Assembly (NCBI GenBank): GCA_944359725.1
Contig: CALVSY010000006.1
Coordinates: forward strand, 1,876-65,875
Length of the DNA stretch: 64,000 nucleotides
From: an uncultured Bacilli bacterium
Lineage (GTDB): Bacteria; Bacillota_I; Bacilli_A; RF39; UBA660
Reading direction: 5' to 3'
A model generated the notes under the pieces. It ran no database searches and was not told the DNA's origin. It saw only the letters and a list, made by a program, of their open reading frames with translations. Both the position numbers and the translations under genes were made by a program. Of this stretch, positions 49,582-59,997 are shown in pieces. Positions within the stretch are counted from its first letter, which is position 1. Every line of letters begins with the position of its first letter.

Positions 49582-50271
49582 CTATAGTTTTATAGTTTCC
49601 TTTATCTTTTTAATTACCTTTTTTTCTATTCTTGAAATATAACTTTGTGATATACTTAGCTTTTTAGCAAGCTCTTTTTGGGTAATTTCTTTTTCTCCAA
49701 AAAGGCCGTATCTTAATTTCATGATTTCTCTATCTCTTTTTGGAAGCTTTTCAATTTCTTTTAACAAAGTATTTTTAAGATCGTTATTTTCTAGTTCCTT
49801 AGTTACTAAGTCAGGATCAGTACCTAGTATGTCTTCTAAGTGAAGTTCATTTCCTTCCGCATCAAAAGAAAGTGATTCTTCTAGTGATACATCAGCGTTT
49901 CTTTTTTTATTTTTTCTTAAATACATTAGTATCTCATTATCAATGCATCTGGATGCATAAGTCGCAAGCTTTATGTTTTTATCAATCTTATACGTGTTTA
50001 TGCCTTTTATAAGTCCAATGGTACCAATACTTACTAAATCTTCTAAGTCTATTTTGGTGTTTTCGTACTTCTTTGATAAATATACAACCAATCTTAAATT
50101 ATGTTCAATAAGCTTGTTTTTAGCTTCCATACTTCCGTTTTCAAACTCTTTTAAGTACTTTAACTCTTCTTCCTTACTTAAAGGCTCTGGAAGCGCATCA
50201 GTTGATCCTATAAAAAATATAGTGCTTACCTTTTTAAATAACTTCTTTAAAAACATCAAAATCTTTTTCAT
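49582..50271 (-). CDS. sigE: Sporulation sigma factor pro-sigmaE
   Basis: Pro-sequence then FIGS.DALP.PL, EDLVSIGTIGLIK, ISQSYISRIEK; follows spoIIGA. Confidence 0.92.
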   Translation of the reverse strand: MKKILMFLKKLFKKVSTIFFIGSTDALPEPLSKEEELKYLKEFENGSMEAKNKLIEHNLRLVVYLSKKYENTKIDLEDLVSIGTIGLIKGINTYKIDKNIKLATYASRCIDNEILMYLRKNKKRNADVSLEESLSFDAEGNELHLEDILGTDPDLVTKELENNDLKNTLLKEIEKLPKRDREIMKLRYGLFGEKEITQKELAKKLSISQSYISRIEKKVIKKIKETIKL

Positions 50272-51074
50272 TTTAAATCCTCCTTAAATAATTTTTCATG
50301 CAAGAGTAAGTCTACTCCTTCAATTCCAAAATTATTGTCAGTTATACCGACCAAACACTCAGTTTCTATATTTTTACCATTTATGATAATTTTCTTTATT
50401 TTAAAACATTTAAGTAAACTTTCTTTGTTTACCGTCTTACAAGGAACCAATATGCACCTTGGATTGTAAGATTCTAAAACACTTTTATTAATAACGATAA
50501 TAGGTCTTTTTTTATATGGATCATACAAATTATTACCAGTGTCTAAAAAACCTGTTAGAAGCTTTGTTTTGCCATTTAAAAAAGTTATTTGGGTCTCATA
50601 TTTTTTAGCATATTCCTCCTTTAACTTTCTTTGCTTTTTTACATATATAAATAAAATTATTGGAGATAAGATAAATACTAAAATTAAGTTTATGCTAAAT
50701 CCGTTATGATAAAAAATTAAACCCGTAGTTTTATATGCTAAAGAATCATTAATTAGGTATAAAGCGCCTCCTAAAATGATGCTTACTAAATATAAATAAA
50801 CAATGTTGTTAATGGTGTATTTTATGTCTTTAAAACCAAAGGAAATTAATACCATAAATATAGAAATAACAGCCTTTAACAAAAACAAAGTAAATGAATT
50901 AAACGGATAAAACAAAGAAAATATACTTAATGCCCCTATTAAGGATGCAAGTAATAACCTTTTTATCTTAGCATTTCTTTTTAGTATTAAAGATACACAA
51001 AGCAAAAGGATAAAATCTAAAAAGAAATTTAAAAATAAAAGTAAGTCTAAGTATATTTTCATTTTTATCACCAT
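50268..51074 (-). CDS. spoIIGA: SigmaE-processing peptidase SpoIIGA
   Basis: IYLDL..LNF..D, TM segments, DTGN.L.DP. Confidence 0.92.
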   Translation of the reverse strand: MVIKMKIYLDLLLFLNFFLDFILLLCVSLILKRNAKIKRLLLASLIGALSIFSLFYPFNSFTLFLLKAVISIFMVLISFGFKDIKYTINNIVYLYLVSIILGGALYLINDSLAYKTTGLIFYHNGFSINLILVFILSPIILFIYVKKQRKLKEEYAKKYETQITFLNGKTKLLTGFLDTGNNLYDPYKKRPIIVINKSVLESYNPRCILVPCKTVNKESLLKCFKIKKIIINGKNIETECLVGITDNNFGIEGVDLLLHEKLFKEDLK

Positions 51075-51142
51075 TTTAAGTATAAAAAAAAGGCACTAAT
51101 TAAAGTGTCGCAAAAAGATTAAATATTTAAAAAAAAGCTTAA

Positions 51143-52222
51143 TTAAAAGCTTCTTCTGTTCTTTAAGAAATTTGGTATATCATCGTCATCGTCGTCATCA
51201 ATTAGATCATTTACCCTTGATTGATTAATTTGCACATTATTGCTTGCAGCAGCTTGCTCTTTTGCCTTTTGTTCACCTTTTTCAAAACCTGTTGCAATAA
51301 CCGTTACGATTACTTCATCAGTTAAATTTTCGTTAATAACCGCACCAAAGATAGTGTTAATATCGTTATTAGAAGTTGATCTTACAACTTCTGCAGCATC
51401 CTCAGCTTCAAATAAAGTAAGGTTTGCTCCACCGGTTATGTTTATTATTGCATCCGTTGCACCAGATATATTAGTTTCTAAAAGTGGGCTTGACACGGCT
51501 TGCTTAGCAGCTTCAACTGCTCTGTTTTCACCGGTACCCATACCGATACCGATTAAAGCATTACCACTTTTTTCCATTACTGCTTTAACGTCCGCAAAGT
51601 CTAGGTTTATAAGTCCAGTAACAGCGATTAAATCTGATATTGATTGTACACCTCTATGAAGTACGTTATCAACTTCATGGAATGCCTCAACCATTGGAGT
51701 TGTTTTATCTATTATTTCTCTTAATCTATCATTTGGAATAACGATTAAAGTATCTACGTTTGCCTTTAGCTCTGATAAACCTTCTATTGCCTGAGCCATT
51801 CTTCTTTTACCTTCAAAACTAAATGGCTTAGTTACAATGGCAACCGTTAAGGCACCTAAGCCTTGCGCTATTTCTGCTATTACAGGTGCTGCACCAGTAC
51901 CGGTTCCACCACCCATACCACAAGTGATAAACACCATATCAGCACCCTTTAGTGCTTCTTCTATTTCCTTTTTAGACTCAACGGCAGCTTCCCTTCCAAC
52001 CTCAGGACGACCACCGGCTCCTAATCCTCCGGAAATTTTAGAACCAATTTGTATTTTAGTTTCTGCCTTTGAACTATTTAATACTTGTAAATCAGTGTTA
52101 GCAACGATAAACTCAACGCCTCTAACACCACATTCTATCATTCTATTAACAGCGTTACCTCCGCCGCCACCGACACCGATAACTTTTATTTTTGCTAATT
52201 GATCTACTGGTAAACCAAACAT
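51143..52222 (-). CDS. ftsZ: Cell division protein FtsZ
   Basis: [29 protein letters not shown]. Confidence 0.98.
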   Translation of the reverse strand: MFGLPVDQLAKIKVIGVGGGGGNAVNRMIECGVRGVEFIVANTDLQVLNSSKAETKIQIGSKISGGLGAGGRPEVGREAAVESKKEIEEALKGADMVFITCGMGGGTGTGAAPVIAEIAQGLGALTVAIVTKPFSFEGKRRMAQAIEGLSELKANVDTLIVIPNDRLREIIDKTTPMVEAFHEVDNVLHRGVQSISDLIAVTGLINLDFADVKAVMEKSGNALIGIGMGTGENRAVEAAKQAVSSPLLETNISGATDAIINITGGANLTLFEAEDAAEVVRSTSNNDINTIFGAVINENLTDEVIVTVIATGFEKGEQKAKEQAAASNNVQINQSRVNDLIDDDDDDDIPNFLKNRRSF

Positions 52223-52234
52223 CTTATTTCCTCC

Positions 52235-53491
52235 TTAATTGTCAAAAAAGTAGTTAAAAATTCTTCCTAATACCGAGGCATTTTTACCTATTTTAGTTTT
52301 ATTATGGATTAAGCCATCGACATCATCACTACTAAACATTGAATATTCTTTTCCCCTTAATTTAATCTTTTTAACAAAGTACTTAATAGCACCTGAAATA
52401 GTGATAAATCTTGCTTTTCTAATTCCTAAAGTGTTAAGTGTGTATGTTTTTGCATTTGCGTTAAAAACATCTTCCAAAACAAAATTAACACCTGGCATAT
52501 CCGTTATGCCACCTAAAACCATTATATAACGAATTTGCTTATTTGTTAATACTTTTAATTCATTTTTCGCAACATTTAGTATCTCGGTTAACCTTTTATT
52601 AATGATTTTAGATAATTCATATTGATTAATTTTAACTAGTTTGCCATTAACGTCATGAGCCTCATAAGTCTCTGTTTTGCTTGCGTACTTGGGATGTGCT
52701 ATACCAAAGTTTTCCTTTATTTTTCTTGCGCTTTTTTTATTAGTGTAATAAATATAAGAAATATCATTATCTATTACGTTTGAACCTATTTTTAAAACCG
52801 ACGCATTTGTTATAATCCCCTTGTTAAAAACCGATAAAGTAGTCGTTTCTTTTCCGATGTTAATAATTAAAGAGTGCACATTATCCATGTCTTCATCACG
52901 AACTTGTTCATAATCCGCAATTGGAGATAAAACAAGGTCAATAACCTCAACACCACATGCCTCAACAACTCTAGCATAATCTTTAACAAGCATCTTAGGA
53001 ACGCACACCATCATCGCCCTAACCGCTAATCTATCACATATTTTATTTTTAGGATCACGAATCGTTTCAATTTCAGAACCATTCTCATAAATAGTAAAAT
53101 CTATTGGGGTAACATTAACTAATTCCATGTTTGGCATAACACCTTGTGTAACCGAGTTTTGAACACGCAAGATATCTTTTTCAGTAACCATTTTCTCATC
53201 GTTTACGATTGGAACGTTACCATGAACCAAACTGCATTCACAATCATATGCTGGAATCGTTATAATTGCTTTTTTAATTGGAATACCTATTCTTTTTTGG
53301 ATATCCTCTAAGGCAAGTTTTAATCTTTCCTGTAAAGATGCCTCATCAGTTATCTTTCCTTTTTTAACGCCTTTAGATCTAACTGATGAAACTGCAAGGA
53401 CCCGGTATTTTTTTAAAAAATACTCATAAACTAGTATTCTAACAGTATCAGTTCCTATATCAATACATGTATATATTTTTTTCATAGGCAT
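52235..53491 (-). CDS. ftsA: Cell division protein FtsA
   Basis: IDIGTDTV, GVKKG.I, amphipathic C-terminus; directly upstream of ftsZ. Confidence 0.9.
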   Translation of the reverse strand: MPMKKIYTCIDIGTDTVRILVYEYFLKKYRVLAVSSVRSKGVKKGKITDEASLQERLKLALEDIQKRIGIPIKKAIITIPAYDCECSLVHGNVPIVNDEKMVTEKDILRVQNSVTQGVMPNMELVNVTPIDFTIYENGSEIETIRDPKNKICDRLAVRAMMVCVPKMLVKDYARVVEACGVEVIDLVLSPIADYEQVRDEDMDNVHSLIINIGKETTTLSVFNKGIITNASVLKIGSNVIDNDISYIYYTNKKSARKIKENFGIAHPKYASKTETYEAHDVNGKLVKINQYELSKIINKRLTEILNVAKNELKVLTNKQIRYIMVLGGITDMPGVNFVLEDVFNANAKTYTLNTLGIRKARFITISGAIKYFVKKIKLRGKEYSMFSSDDVDGLIHNKTKIGKNASVLGRIFNYFFDN

Positions 53492-53583
53492 TACTCCCTT
53501 TAAACTCTACCATATAAGATAATTATACTATATAAATCATTTTTTTAAAAGCATAAGTTTATTTTTTATCATGTTAAAAGTGA

Positions 53584-54279
53584 TTACTTAACCTCGAAGT
53601 AATCACCATAGTCCAAATATAACGTACCATTTTGCTTACCTATGTTTTCTAATATCGTGTTATACTTATTAATCTTAGAAAACTTATTAACCGTAAGATA
53701 AACACTGTTACCATCATTCATGTATAAATAATAACGATCGGCATCTATTTCATTCGGATCATACTTTATTTCTGATATTTGACACAAGATATCACTATTT
53801 ATTTTATCCATTGCTTTTAAAAACCTTTTTTTCTTATCCTTTGGAACCTCATTAGTTAGGTATGGAGCACAAACTATTTTATCATCACTTATTTCTCCAT
53901 CAGTAGTTACTTTATTACCAGTTTGTTTATCTATGTATAAAACCTTTTTTTCATCAATCGTTATTTTAACACTTAAAAGTCCCTTTGTTACCTTAGCGGT
54001 TTTAACATACGGATTTTTAAGAAGTTTATTTTTAATTTGAAAACTAAAAGTAGAAAAATAAGATGGATAATCCTCTAAATTCGCTTGTTCTATTACTTCT
54101 TGATCAGTTAAAACACTGTTACCTTTAATTATGATACTTCTTATTGGAACATCAACAAACTTTATAAATAAAAAACATATTAATGAAATAAAGATAATAA
54201 GCAAAAACAATCTTCCTACCCTAAGACGTCTTTTCTTTTTTGGTTTGGTATTTTTCATATTTCTACTCCCAATTAACAA
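53584..54279 (-). CDS. divIB: Cell division protein DivIB/FtsQ
   Basis: Basic N-terminus, TM, POTRA-like region, MNDGN.V; gene order. Confidence 0.8.
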   Translation of the reverse strand: MLIGSRNMKNTKPKKKRRLRVGRLFLLIIFISLICFLFIKFVDVPIRSIIIKGNSVLTDQEVIEQANLEDYPSYFSTFSFQIKNKLLKNPYVKTAKVTKGLLSVKITIDEKKVLYIDKQTGNKVTTDGEISDDKIVCAPYLTNEVPKDKKKRFLKAMDKINSDILCQISEIKYDPNEIDADRYYLYMNDGNSVYLTVNKFSKINKYNTILENIGKQNGTLYLDYGDYFEVK

Positions 54280-55177
54280 ACTCTTGTTCTATTTTTAAAT
54301 CTACGCCAGTTTCTTCTTTTACTTTATCATGAACGTAGTAAATCAAATCCTTAACGTCACTTGCTTTTGCTTTATTATAATTAATTATAAAATTAGCATG
54401 TTTTTCACTTACCTTAGCACCACCGATTGAATATCCTTTTAAATTACACTCTTCTATTAGTCTTCCTGCAAAATCATTATCAGGATTTCTAAATACCGAT
54501 CCGGCAGATGGGTATTCTAAAGGCTGCATCATAAGTCTTTTTTGTCTTCTTCTTTCCATTAAATCTTTTATTTCTTTTTTATCACCATGTCTTAAAACTA
54601 TTTTTACTTCTAAGCTTATATAATCAGGATTATGTTTTAAATATGATGATCTATATTTATAATCAAGATCTTGATTATACAAAGTTTTAATCTCTAAATT
54701 TGGTGTTAACACTTTTACTTCCGATACAACAGATGCCATATCAGATTTATAAGCTCCAGCATTCATAAAAACAGCGCCACCGATTGTTCCGGGAATGCCG
54801 CTTGCAAACTCTAAACCGGTAAGCCCTTCTTTTAAACAGACGTAAGATAACTTTACTAAACTGTACCCGGCCCCAACCGTAATTACCGTATCATCAATTT
54901 TTAAATCGTCAAACGAATCTAACTTTATTATGACGCCATCATAAACATCATCACTAAATATTAAGTTAGATCCAAAACCAAGCACTTTATGTTTTACGTT
55001 ACTACTTTTAAGTTCTTTTAACAAAAGTATTAGTTTTTCTATGTTTTTAGGATAAACTAGCACTTTAGCCGTGCCACCGACTTTATAAGTTGTGTAATTA
55101 CTTAAGCTTACGTTTTCCTTTACTTTTCCAATGTCATTTTTCTTAATAAATTTAACTATGTCTTGCATCCTTATCAC
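54263..55177 (-). CDS. murB: UDP-N-acetylmuramate dehydrogenase
   Basis: GIPGTIGGA..MNAGAY, QPLEYPSAGSVFRNP, KHANF. Confidence 0.96.
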   Translation of the reverse strand: MIRMQDIVKFIKKNDIGKVKENVSLSNYTTYKVGGTAKVLVYPKNIEKLILLLKELKSSNVKHKVLGFGSNLIFSDDVYDGVIIKLDSFDDLKIDDTVITVGAGYSLVKLSYVCLKEGLTGLEFASGIPGTIGGAVFMNAGAYKSDMASVVSEVKVLTPNLEIKTLYNQDLDYKYRSSYLKHNPDYISLEVKIVLRHGDKKEIKDLMERRRQKRLMMQPLEYPSAGSVFRNPDNDFAGRLIEECNLKGYSIGGAKVSEKHANFIINYNKAKASDVKDLIYYVHDKVKEETGVDLKIEQEFVNWE

Positions 55178-56258
55178 CTGCTAATTTTACTATTTCGTCA
55201 TAAATTCTAGAAGCACTACCTCTAACCTCAAAGCTTTTTAAATTTTCTTTTAATTTCTTAGTAAATATTCTATCATTTAGCACTTTTTCTACTAATCTTA
55301 AAAGTTCATCGCCTTCTAAATTTTTTTCTTCCAATATTAACGCTGCGTTTTTACAAGCCAAGTCCATTGCGTTTTTATACTGATGGTTTTCCGTTACGTA
55401 AGGACTAGGTATTAAAATAGAAGGTACGTTTAAAGATGATATTTCACTTAAGGTTGATGCTCCCGCTCTTGATACCAAACAATCCGTTTTTTTAAGAAGT
55501 GAGACCAAGTTGTTTATGTATGAAACTATTTTTATATTATTGGTATACTTCATCTTTTTAAATTCATCAAAATAATTCTTACCGGTTACGTATAATACCT
55601 CGTAATCTTTATTATTAAATAAAGTTAGCATTTTCTTCATTTTGTCACTTACCGTTTTAGAACCAAGCGATCCCATAACTATTAAAACGAGTTTTTTTCC
55701 ATCGGTTAATCCATAGTCTTTTTTATTTGCCTCTTTAGCTAAGTAAGCATCTTCGCTACACGGATTACCTGTATATATAACTTTTTTATCATTTATTTTT
55801 TCTTCTAGACTTTTAAATGATACAAATATTTTATCTGCGTACTTGCTTGCGAATTTATTAGTCATGCCAAAGATGGAGTTTTGCTCATGAATGCAGCATT
55901 TAACTCCTAATTTATGAGCAGCATAAATAACTGGTGCTGATACGTATCCACCGAAGGTTACAACAACGTCAGGTTTAAACTTTTTTATTATCTTTTTACA
56001 TTTAGATATAGCCGCTAAAAATAAAAACGCACTTTTTATGTTTTTAGGACTTAAACTACGTTTTAAGCCTTCTACGTTTACCGCGGCGTATTTAAACCCC
56101 TCTTTAGGAACAATGTCTTTTTCCATTCTTTTAGTTGTTCCTATATAAAGGATATCGGATGCTTTATCTTTTTGCCTTATTTTCTTTGCAACGGCAAGTG
56201 CAGGATAAATATGTCCCCCTGTTCCACCGGCTGCTATAATAACTCTCATAAGTATCAC
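55152..56258 (-). CDS. murG: MurG GlcNAc transferase
   Basis: GGTGGHIYPA, GGYVS, HEQN, GSLGS, RAGA, HQ..NA. Confidence 0.96.
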   Translation of the reverse strand: MILMRVIIAAGGTGGHIYPALAVAKKIRQKDKASDILYIGTTKRMEKDIVPKEGFKYAAVNVEGLKRSLSPKNIKSAFLFLAAISKCKKIIKKFKPDVVVTFGGYVSAPVIYAAHKLGVKCCIHEQNSIFGMTNKFASKYADKIFVSFKSLEEKINDKKVIYTGNPCSEDAYLAKEANKKDYGLTDGKKLVLIVMGSLGSKTVSDKMKKMLTLFNNKDYEVLYVTGKNYFDEFKKMKYTNNIKIVSYINNLVSLLKKTDCLVSRAGASTLSEISSLNVPSILIPSPYVTENHQYKNAMDLACKNAALILEEKNLEGDELLRLVEKVLNDRIFTKKLKENLKSFEVRGSASRIYDEIVKLAGDKDARHS

Positions 56259-56331
56259 CTACTATATAATTATATCATAATTATATGTTTTTAAAATAAG
56301 AAAAAGAATGTCAGTTTACAGGCGTATAAAC

Positions 56332-56620
56332 AAAAAAAATAACAGTCCTGATAAAACCGTTACTTTTTTAGTTTTAGAATGAAAAATCACTTTGAACCTA
56401 AGCAAACCTCAAATCCAAATTTTAAATATTATCAGTATTTAATGTGACATCTTATTCCAATGAGTTTTCTTTCTCATTTACAATTGTAAAGCCTAGAGTT
56501 AAATAAGATTAGCTTTTTCGCTATTTTCGCTATCAAACTGCGATAGATTACAAATACATATAATCATTTAAAAAGAAATTGCTTTCTTTAATAAATATAT
56601 GATTTGTAATACCTCTAGGA
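56332..56620 (-). ncRNA. Candidate ~290-nt structured ncRNA of unrecognised class
   Basis: Own TTGACA-16-TGnTACAAT promoter, many stems, GCAA tetraloop, 8-bp pseudoknot, G-U pairs that work only on the minus strand, terminator with U8. Confidence 0.65.
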
Positions 56621-56695
56621 TAATTCAATTGTAACATATTATGTTATTTTGTCAATACATATTTTTAAAAAAGTTAAAAAATGGAAAATAAATCT

Positions 56696-57787
56696 TTAAT
56701 TTTCTATATGTCTTGATATGTTAAGGATTATTCCCATCTCTATTAAGGTAATTATTAAGCTACTTCCACCGTAGCTAAAAAATGGTAAAGTTACTCCTGT
56801 TACTGGTATTAAGCCTACTACAACCGCTAAATTTAAAAGTGTTTGAAAAGTAAGCTGAAATATTATTCCAAAACTTAAGAACTTGGCAAAATTATCAGGT
56901 GCTTTAATAGATATTTTTACGCTTCTTAATATTATTATTAAAAATAACGTAGCAACCGAAACTATTCCAATAATTCCAAGCTCTTCTGATATAATAGAAA
57001 AAATAAAATCAGTTTGAGGTTCTGGCAAATAAAAATGTTTTTGAATAGAATTACCAAAGCCCATTCCAAAAAGTCCACCGGGACCTATTGCAAAAAGTGA
57101 TTGTATCGCTTGAAATCCCGTACCCAAAGGATCACTCCAAGGATTTAAAAACGACACTATCCTTTCCATTCTATATGGAGCCGCAATAATTAAAAGACAA
57201 ACGCCAACCAAGCCAAGCATTCCTATTTTAATAAAAAACGAAAAGTTAACACCAGATATAAAAAGCATTCCAACAATCGTCATAACAAGGATCGTACCAG
57301 TTCCAAAGTCTGGTTGTAACATGATAAGAAAAAAAGCGAGCATAACAATGACTAATATTGGAAAAGCACCTTTTTTAACCGAGCGCATATCTTTAGGATT
57401 ATTATATATGTATTTACTAGTAAAAATAATGAGGCCTAGTTTCATGAACTCAGATGGCTGAATACCAAGCCCTCCTATTCCAAACCAACTACGAGAACCA
57501 TTCCTTACGCTTCCAATACCTGGTATTAAAACCAAAATTAAAAGAATAAAACAAATAAGTAAAATTAAATTAGATTTTTTCAAATAATAAGTATAAGGTA
57601 TTTTACTTACGATAAACATTAAAATTATGCCCACCAAAAAGAAGATACTTTGCATTATAACATAATGAAATTCATCATTAAATTTATATTCTGCCCAAAT
57701 GTTTGATGCTGAGTATATCATTATAATTCCATATATACAAATAATAAAAATAGTTATTATAAGCGGGGTGTCTATCTTCTTTTTCAT
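56696..57787 (-). CDS. spoVE: SEDS peptidoglycan glycosyltransferase SpoVE/FtsW
   Basis: NGSRSW...IQPSEFMK, YLPEPQTDFIF, SYGGSS; upstream of murG. Confidence 0.88.
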   Translation of the reverse strand: MKKKIDTPLIITIFIICIYGIIMIYSASNIWAEYKFNDEFHYVIMQSIFFLVGIILMFIVSKIPYTYYLKKSNLILLICFILLILVLIPGIGSVRNGSRSWFGIGGLGIQPSEFMKLGLIIFTSKYIYNNPKDMRSVKKGAFPILVIVMLAFFLIMLQPDFGTGTILVMTIVGMLFISGVNFSFFIKIGMLGLVGVCLLIIAAPYRMERIVSFLNPWSDPLGTGFQAIQSLFAIGPGGLFGMGFGNSIQKHFYLPEPQTDFIFSIISEELGIIGIVSVATLFLIIILRSVKISIKAPDNFAKFLSFGIIFQLTFQTLLNLAVVVGLIPVTGVTLPFFSYGGSSLIITLIEMGIILNISRHIEN

Positions 57788-57875
57788 TTAGTATCATCTC
57801 CAAGTAATAAAATAACTACTACTTAAAAATATTCTATAAAAAAGAAAAAAAGAACGCTAATAAAAGCATTCTAAA

Positions 57876-58280
57876 TTATTTTTTTAGATCTATTTTTATT
57901 TCTTCTATAATATGTCCTATGTTGCCTTCACCAGCATACTTATTCATATTAAAAAAATCATCATTAACCGGTACCCACTCTAATTTATTTACCTCTTCAA
58001 CCAACTCGACATTCTTATTTAATATTCCATAATATACTTCTAATTCTTTATCCCATTTAACATATGATATATTCATAAAATGAATTAATTTAACATCACT
58101 TTTACCTATATTTGTTTCTTCTTTTAATTCTCTATAAGCCTCATTTAAGCCATCGTTTTCTTTTTCTATTTTACCACCGACTAGATTGTACATTCCTTTA
58201 TATGGTTCTTTGGCTCTTTTACACATTAAAACTTTATTCTTGTTTTTATCAAAAATAGCAATTACATTCATTTTCTTCAT
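57876..58280 (-). CDS. NUDIX hydrolase (MutT-like)
   Basis: GGKIE...AYRELKEET. Confidence 0.88.
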   Translation of the reverse strand: MKKMNVIAIFDKNKNKVLMCKRAKEPYKGMYNLVGGKIEKENDGLNEAYRELKEETNIGKSDVKLIHFMNISYVKWDKELEVYYGILNKNVELVEEVNKLEWVPVNDDFFNMNKYAGEGNIGHIIEEIKIDLKK

Positions 58281-58284
58281 ATTA

Positions 58285-58857
58285 TTACCTCTTTATACTA
58301 GCAGTTAAAACTAAATTATGGTAATTATTTTTATACTCATCTAAAACAGGAAGCATCTCATACGCAAGATCTTTAAAACTAGCATGAGTTCTTGCATGAT
58401 CTATTAGTAAGTCTTCAACGTTATCTATGTTAACAAAGCAAAGTTTAAATCCATTTTTTCTTTCATAATCACTTATGTTAGTTTCATCTATATTTATGTT
58501 TGGAATATTTTTATAAATAAAATAAATCATGATGTTTAATCTGTTATTACCAGTTCTAAAATAGTTTTTTTCATAATGTTTAGTTATCATAAAAGGATAA
58601 TAATCATCTTTTTTTGATTCTATTCCGGTTTCTTCTTTTACTTCTCTTATTAATCCAAAATAAGCATCTTCACCATCTTTTAAATGTCCCCCGGGAAACT
58701 GATAGTCATCATCACAATACGCGAGTAATATCTCGTTTTGCTCGTTTATCATTATCGCTTTTACTCTTGTTACGACTTCTTTTACATCTTCTTGTTTTAA
58801 ATTATCTTTATTTATTATTAACTCTTTCATAAAATGCCCCTTATCATCTTTATCCAT
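58285..58857 (-). CDS. NUDIX hydrolase
   Basis: FPGGHL..GE...REVKEETG. Confidence 0.88.
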   Translation of the reverse strand: MDKDDKGHFMKELIINKDNLKQEDVKEVVTRVKAIMINEQNEILLAYCDDDYQFPGGHLKDGEDAYFGLIREVKEETGIESKKDDYYPFMITKHYEKNYFRTGNNRLNIMIYFIYKNIPNINIDETNISDYERKNGFKLCFVNIDNVEDLLIDHARTHASFKDLAYEMLPVLDEYKNNYHNLVLTASIKR

Positions 58858-58916
58858 ATTACTAAAATAATTAATTTATTTCAAGGCTATAAACAAAAAA
58901 GATGCAAATATGCATC

Positions 58917-59909
58917 TTATAACCAAGCTCCATAAACAACGGCAACCGTTCCTAATATTAAGCCAACTATCCAAAATAGTTTTACGATGTCCTGTTCTTT
59001 CCATCCCAATTTTTCAAAATGATGATGAAGCGGCGTCATTAAAAACACTTTCTTTTTAAATACGAACAATGAAAATACTTGTATGATAACAGATAATGTT
59101 TCTATAACAAATACACCCATGATAACCGCAAAGGTAAGTTCGTGTCTTGTAAGGATGGCAATCGATGCTAAAACACCTCCGATTGCAAGTGATCCGGTAT
59201 CACCCATGAATACCTTGGCAGGATAAGTATTATAAACCAAGAATCCAAGAAGTGCTCCTGCTAATATAAAACAGAAAATAGCAATATCTTGATATCCTGC
59301 AAGCCATTCAGTATTCCAAGTTATAATACCTAAAACAAGCGTTGCAATAAATGAAAGCCCTCCGGCAAGACCGTCTAGTCCGTCCGTTATGTTAACGGCG
59401 TTTGATGATGCAACAAGCATAAACAAAATGAAAAATCCGTATAACCATCCAACATCTATTTTTAAATTAAACGCATGAATCCAAAACAATGGCTCTGATC
59501 CGCTTTTCATGTAAATAAAGAAAAACACGATTGCAATTATTACTTGCCCAAATAGTTTTTGAATTTCTGTTAAACCCTCGTTTTGCTTTCTTTTAAGTTT
59601 CATAAAATCATCGGTAAAACCTAAAATAGCATATGCAACAAACACGAATAAAACGATTAATAAATTACTGTTTATCTCTATTTTATTGGTAAAGTACATA
59701 ATTAATATCGTTATAAAAGTTGGAATAATAAATATTAATCCTCCAACCGTTGGTATTCCGTTTTTCTTTTTATGTGATGCACCAACAAACACACTTACTC
59801 TTTGAGATACGTTTAATTTCTTTAAAAGTGGTATCATAAAATAACCCATTACAACCGAAATTATAAATCCTATCATAAGTGCTAATAAAGACTTTGTTAA
59901 TACAAACAT
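58917..59909 (-). CDS. mraY: Phospho-N-acetylmuramoyl-pentapeptide transferase
   Basis: NAVNITDGLDGL, FMGDTGS, PLHHHFE. Confidence 0.97.
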   Translation of the reverse strand: MFVLTKSLLALMIGFIISVVMGYFMIPLLKKLNVSQRVSVFVGASHKKKNGIPTVGGLIFIIPTFITILIMYFTNKIEINSNLLIVLFVFVAYAILGFTDDFMKLKRKQNEGLTEIQKLFGQVIIAIVFFFIYMKSGSEPLFWIHAFNLKIDVGWLYGFFILFMLVASSNAVNITDGLDGLAGGLSFIATLVLGIITWNTEWLAGYQDIAIFCFILAGALLGFLVYNTYPAKVFMGDTGSLAIGGVLASIAILTRHELTFAVIMGVFVIETLSVIIQVFSLFVFKKKVFLMTPLHHHFEKLGWKEQDIVKLFWIVGLILGTVAVVYGAWL

Positions 59910-59997
59910 CTATTATCACCTCTTAACCTTGTATAATTATACTATATATTTTTAAATTTTTACACCATTTTATACTAACTTGATAAAATTTTACTTT

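Noticed and set aside
51240-52202. Plus-strand ORFs of 139 aa and 121 aa
   Set aside because: Antisense to ftsZ; no independent coding evidence.
56332-56620. RNase P, tmRNA, SRP RNA or lysine riboswitch identity for the structured region
   Set aside because: No GAGGAAAGUCC, no tRNA-like GGGG..CCA ends, no SRP helix-8 GGAA/AGCAG motif, and only a bare AGAGGU resemblance to lysine riboswitches.
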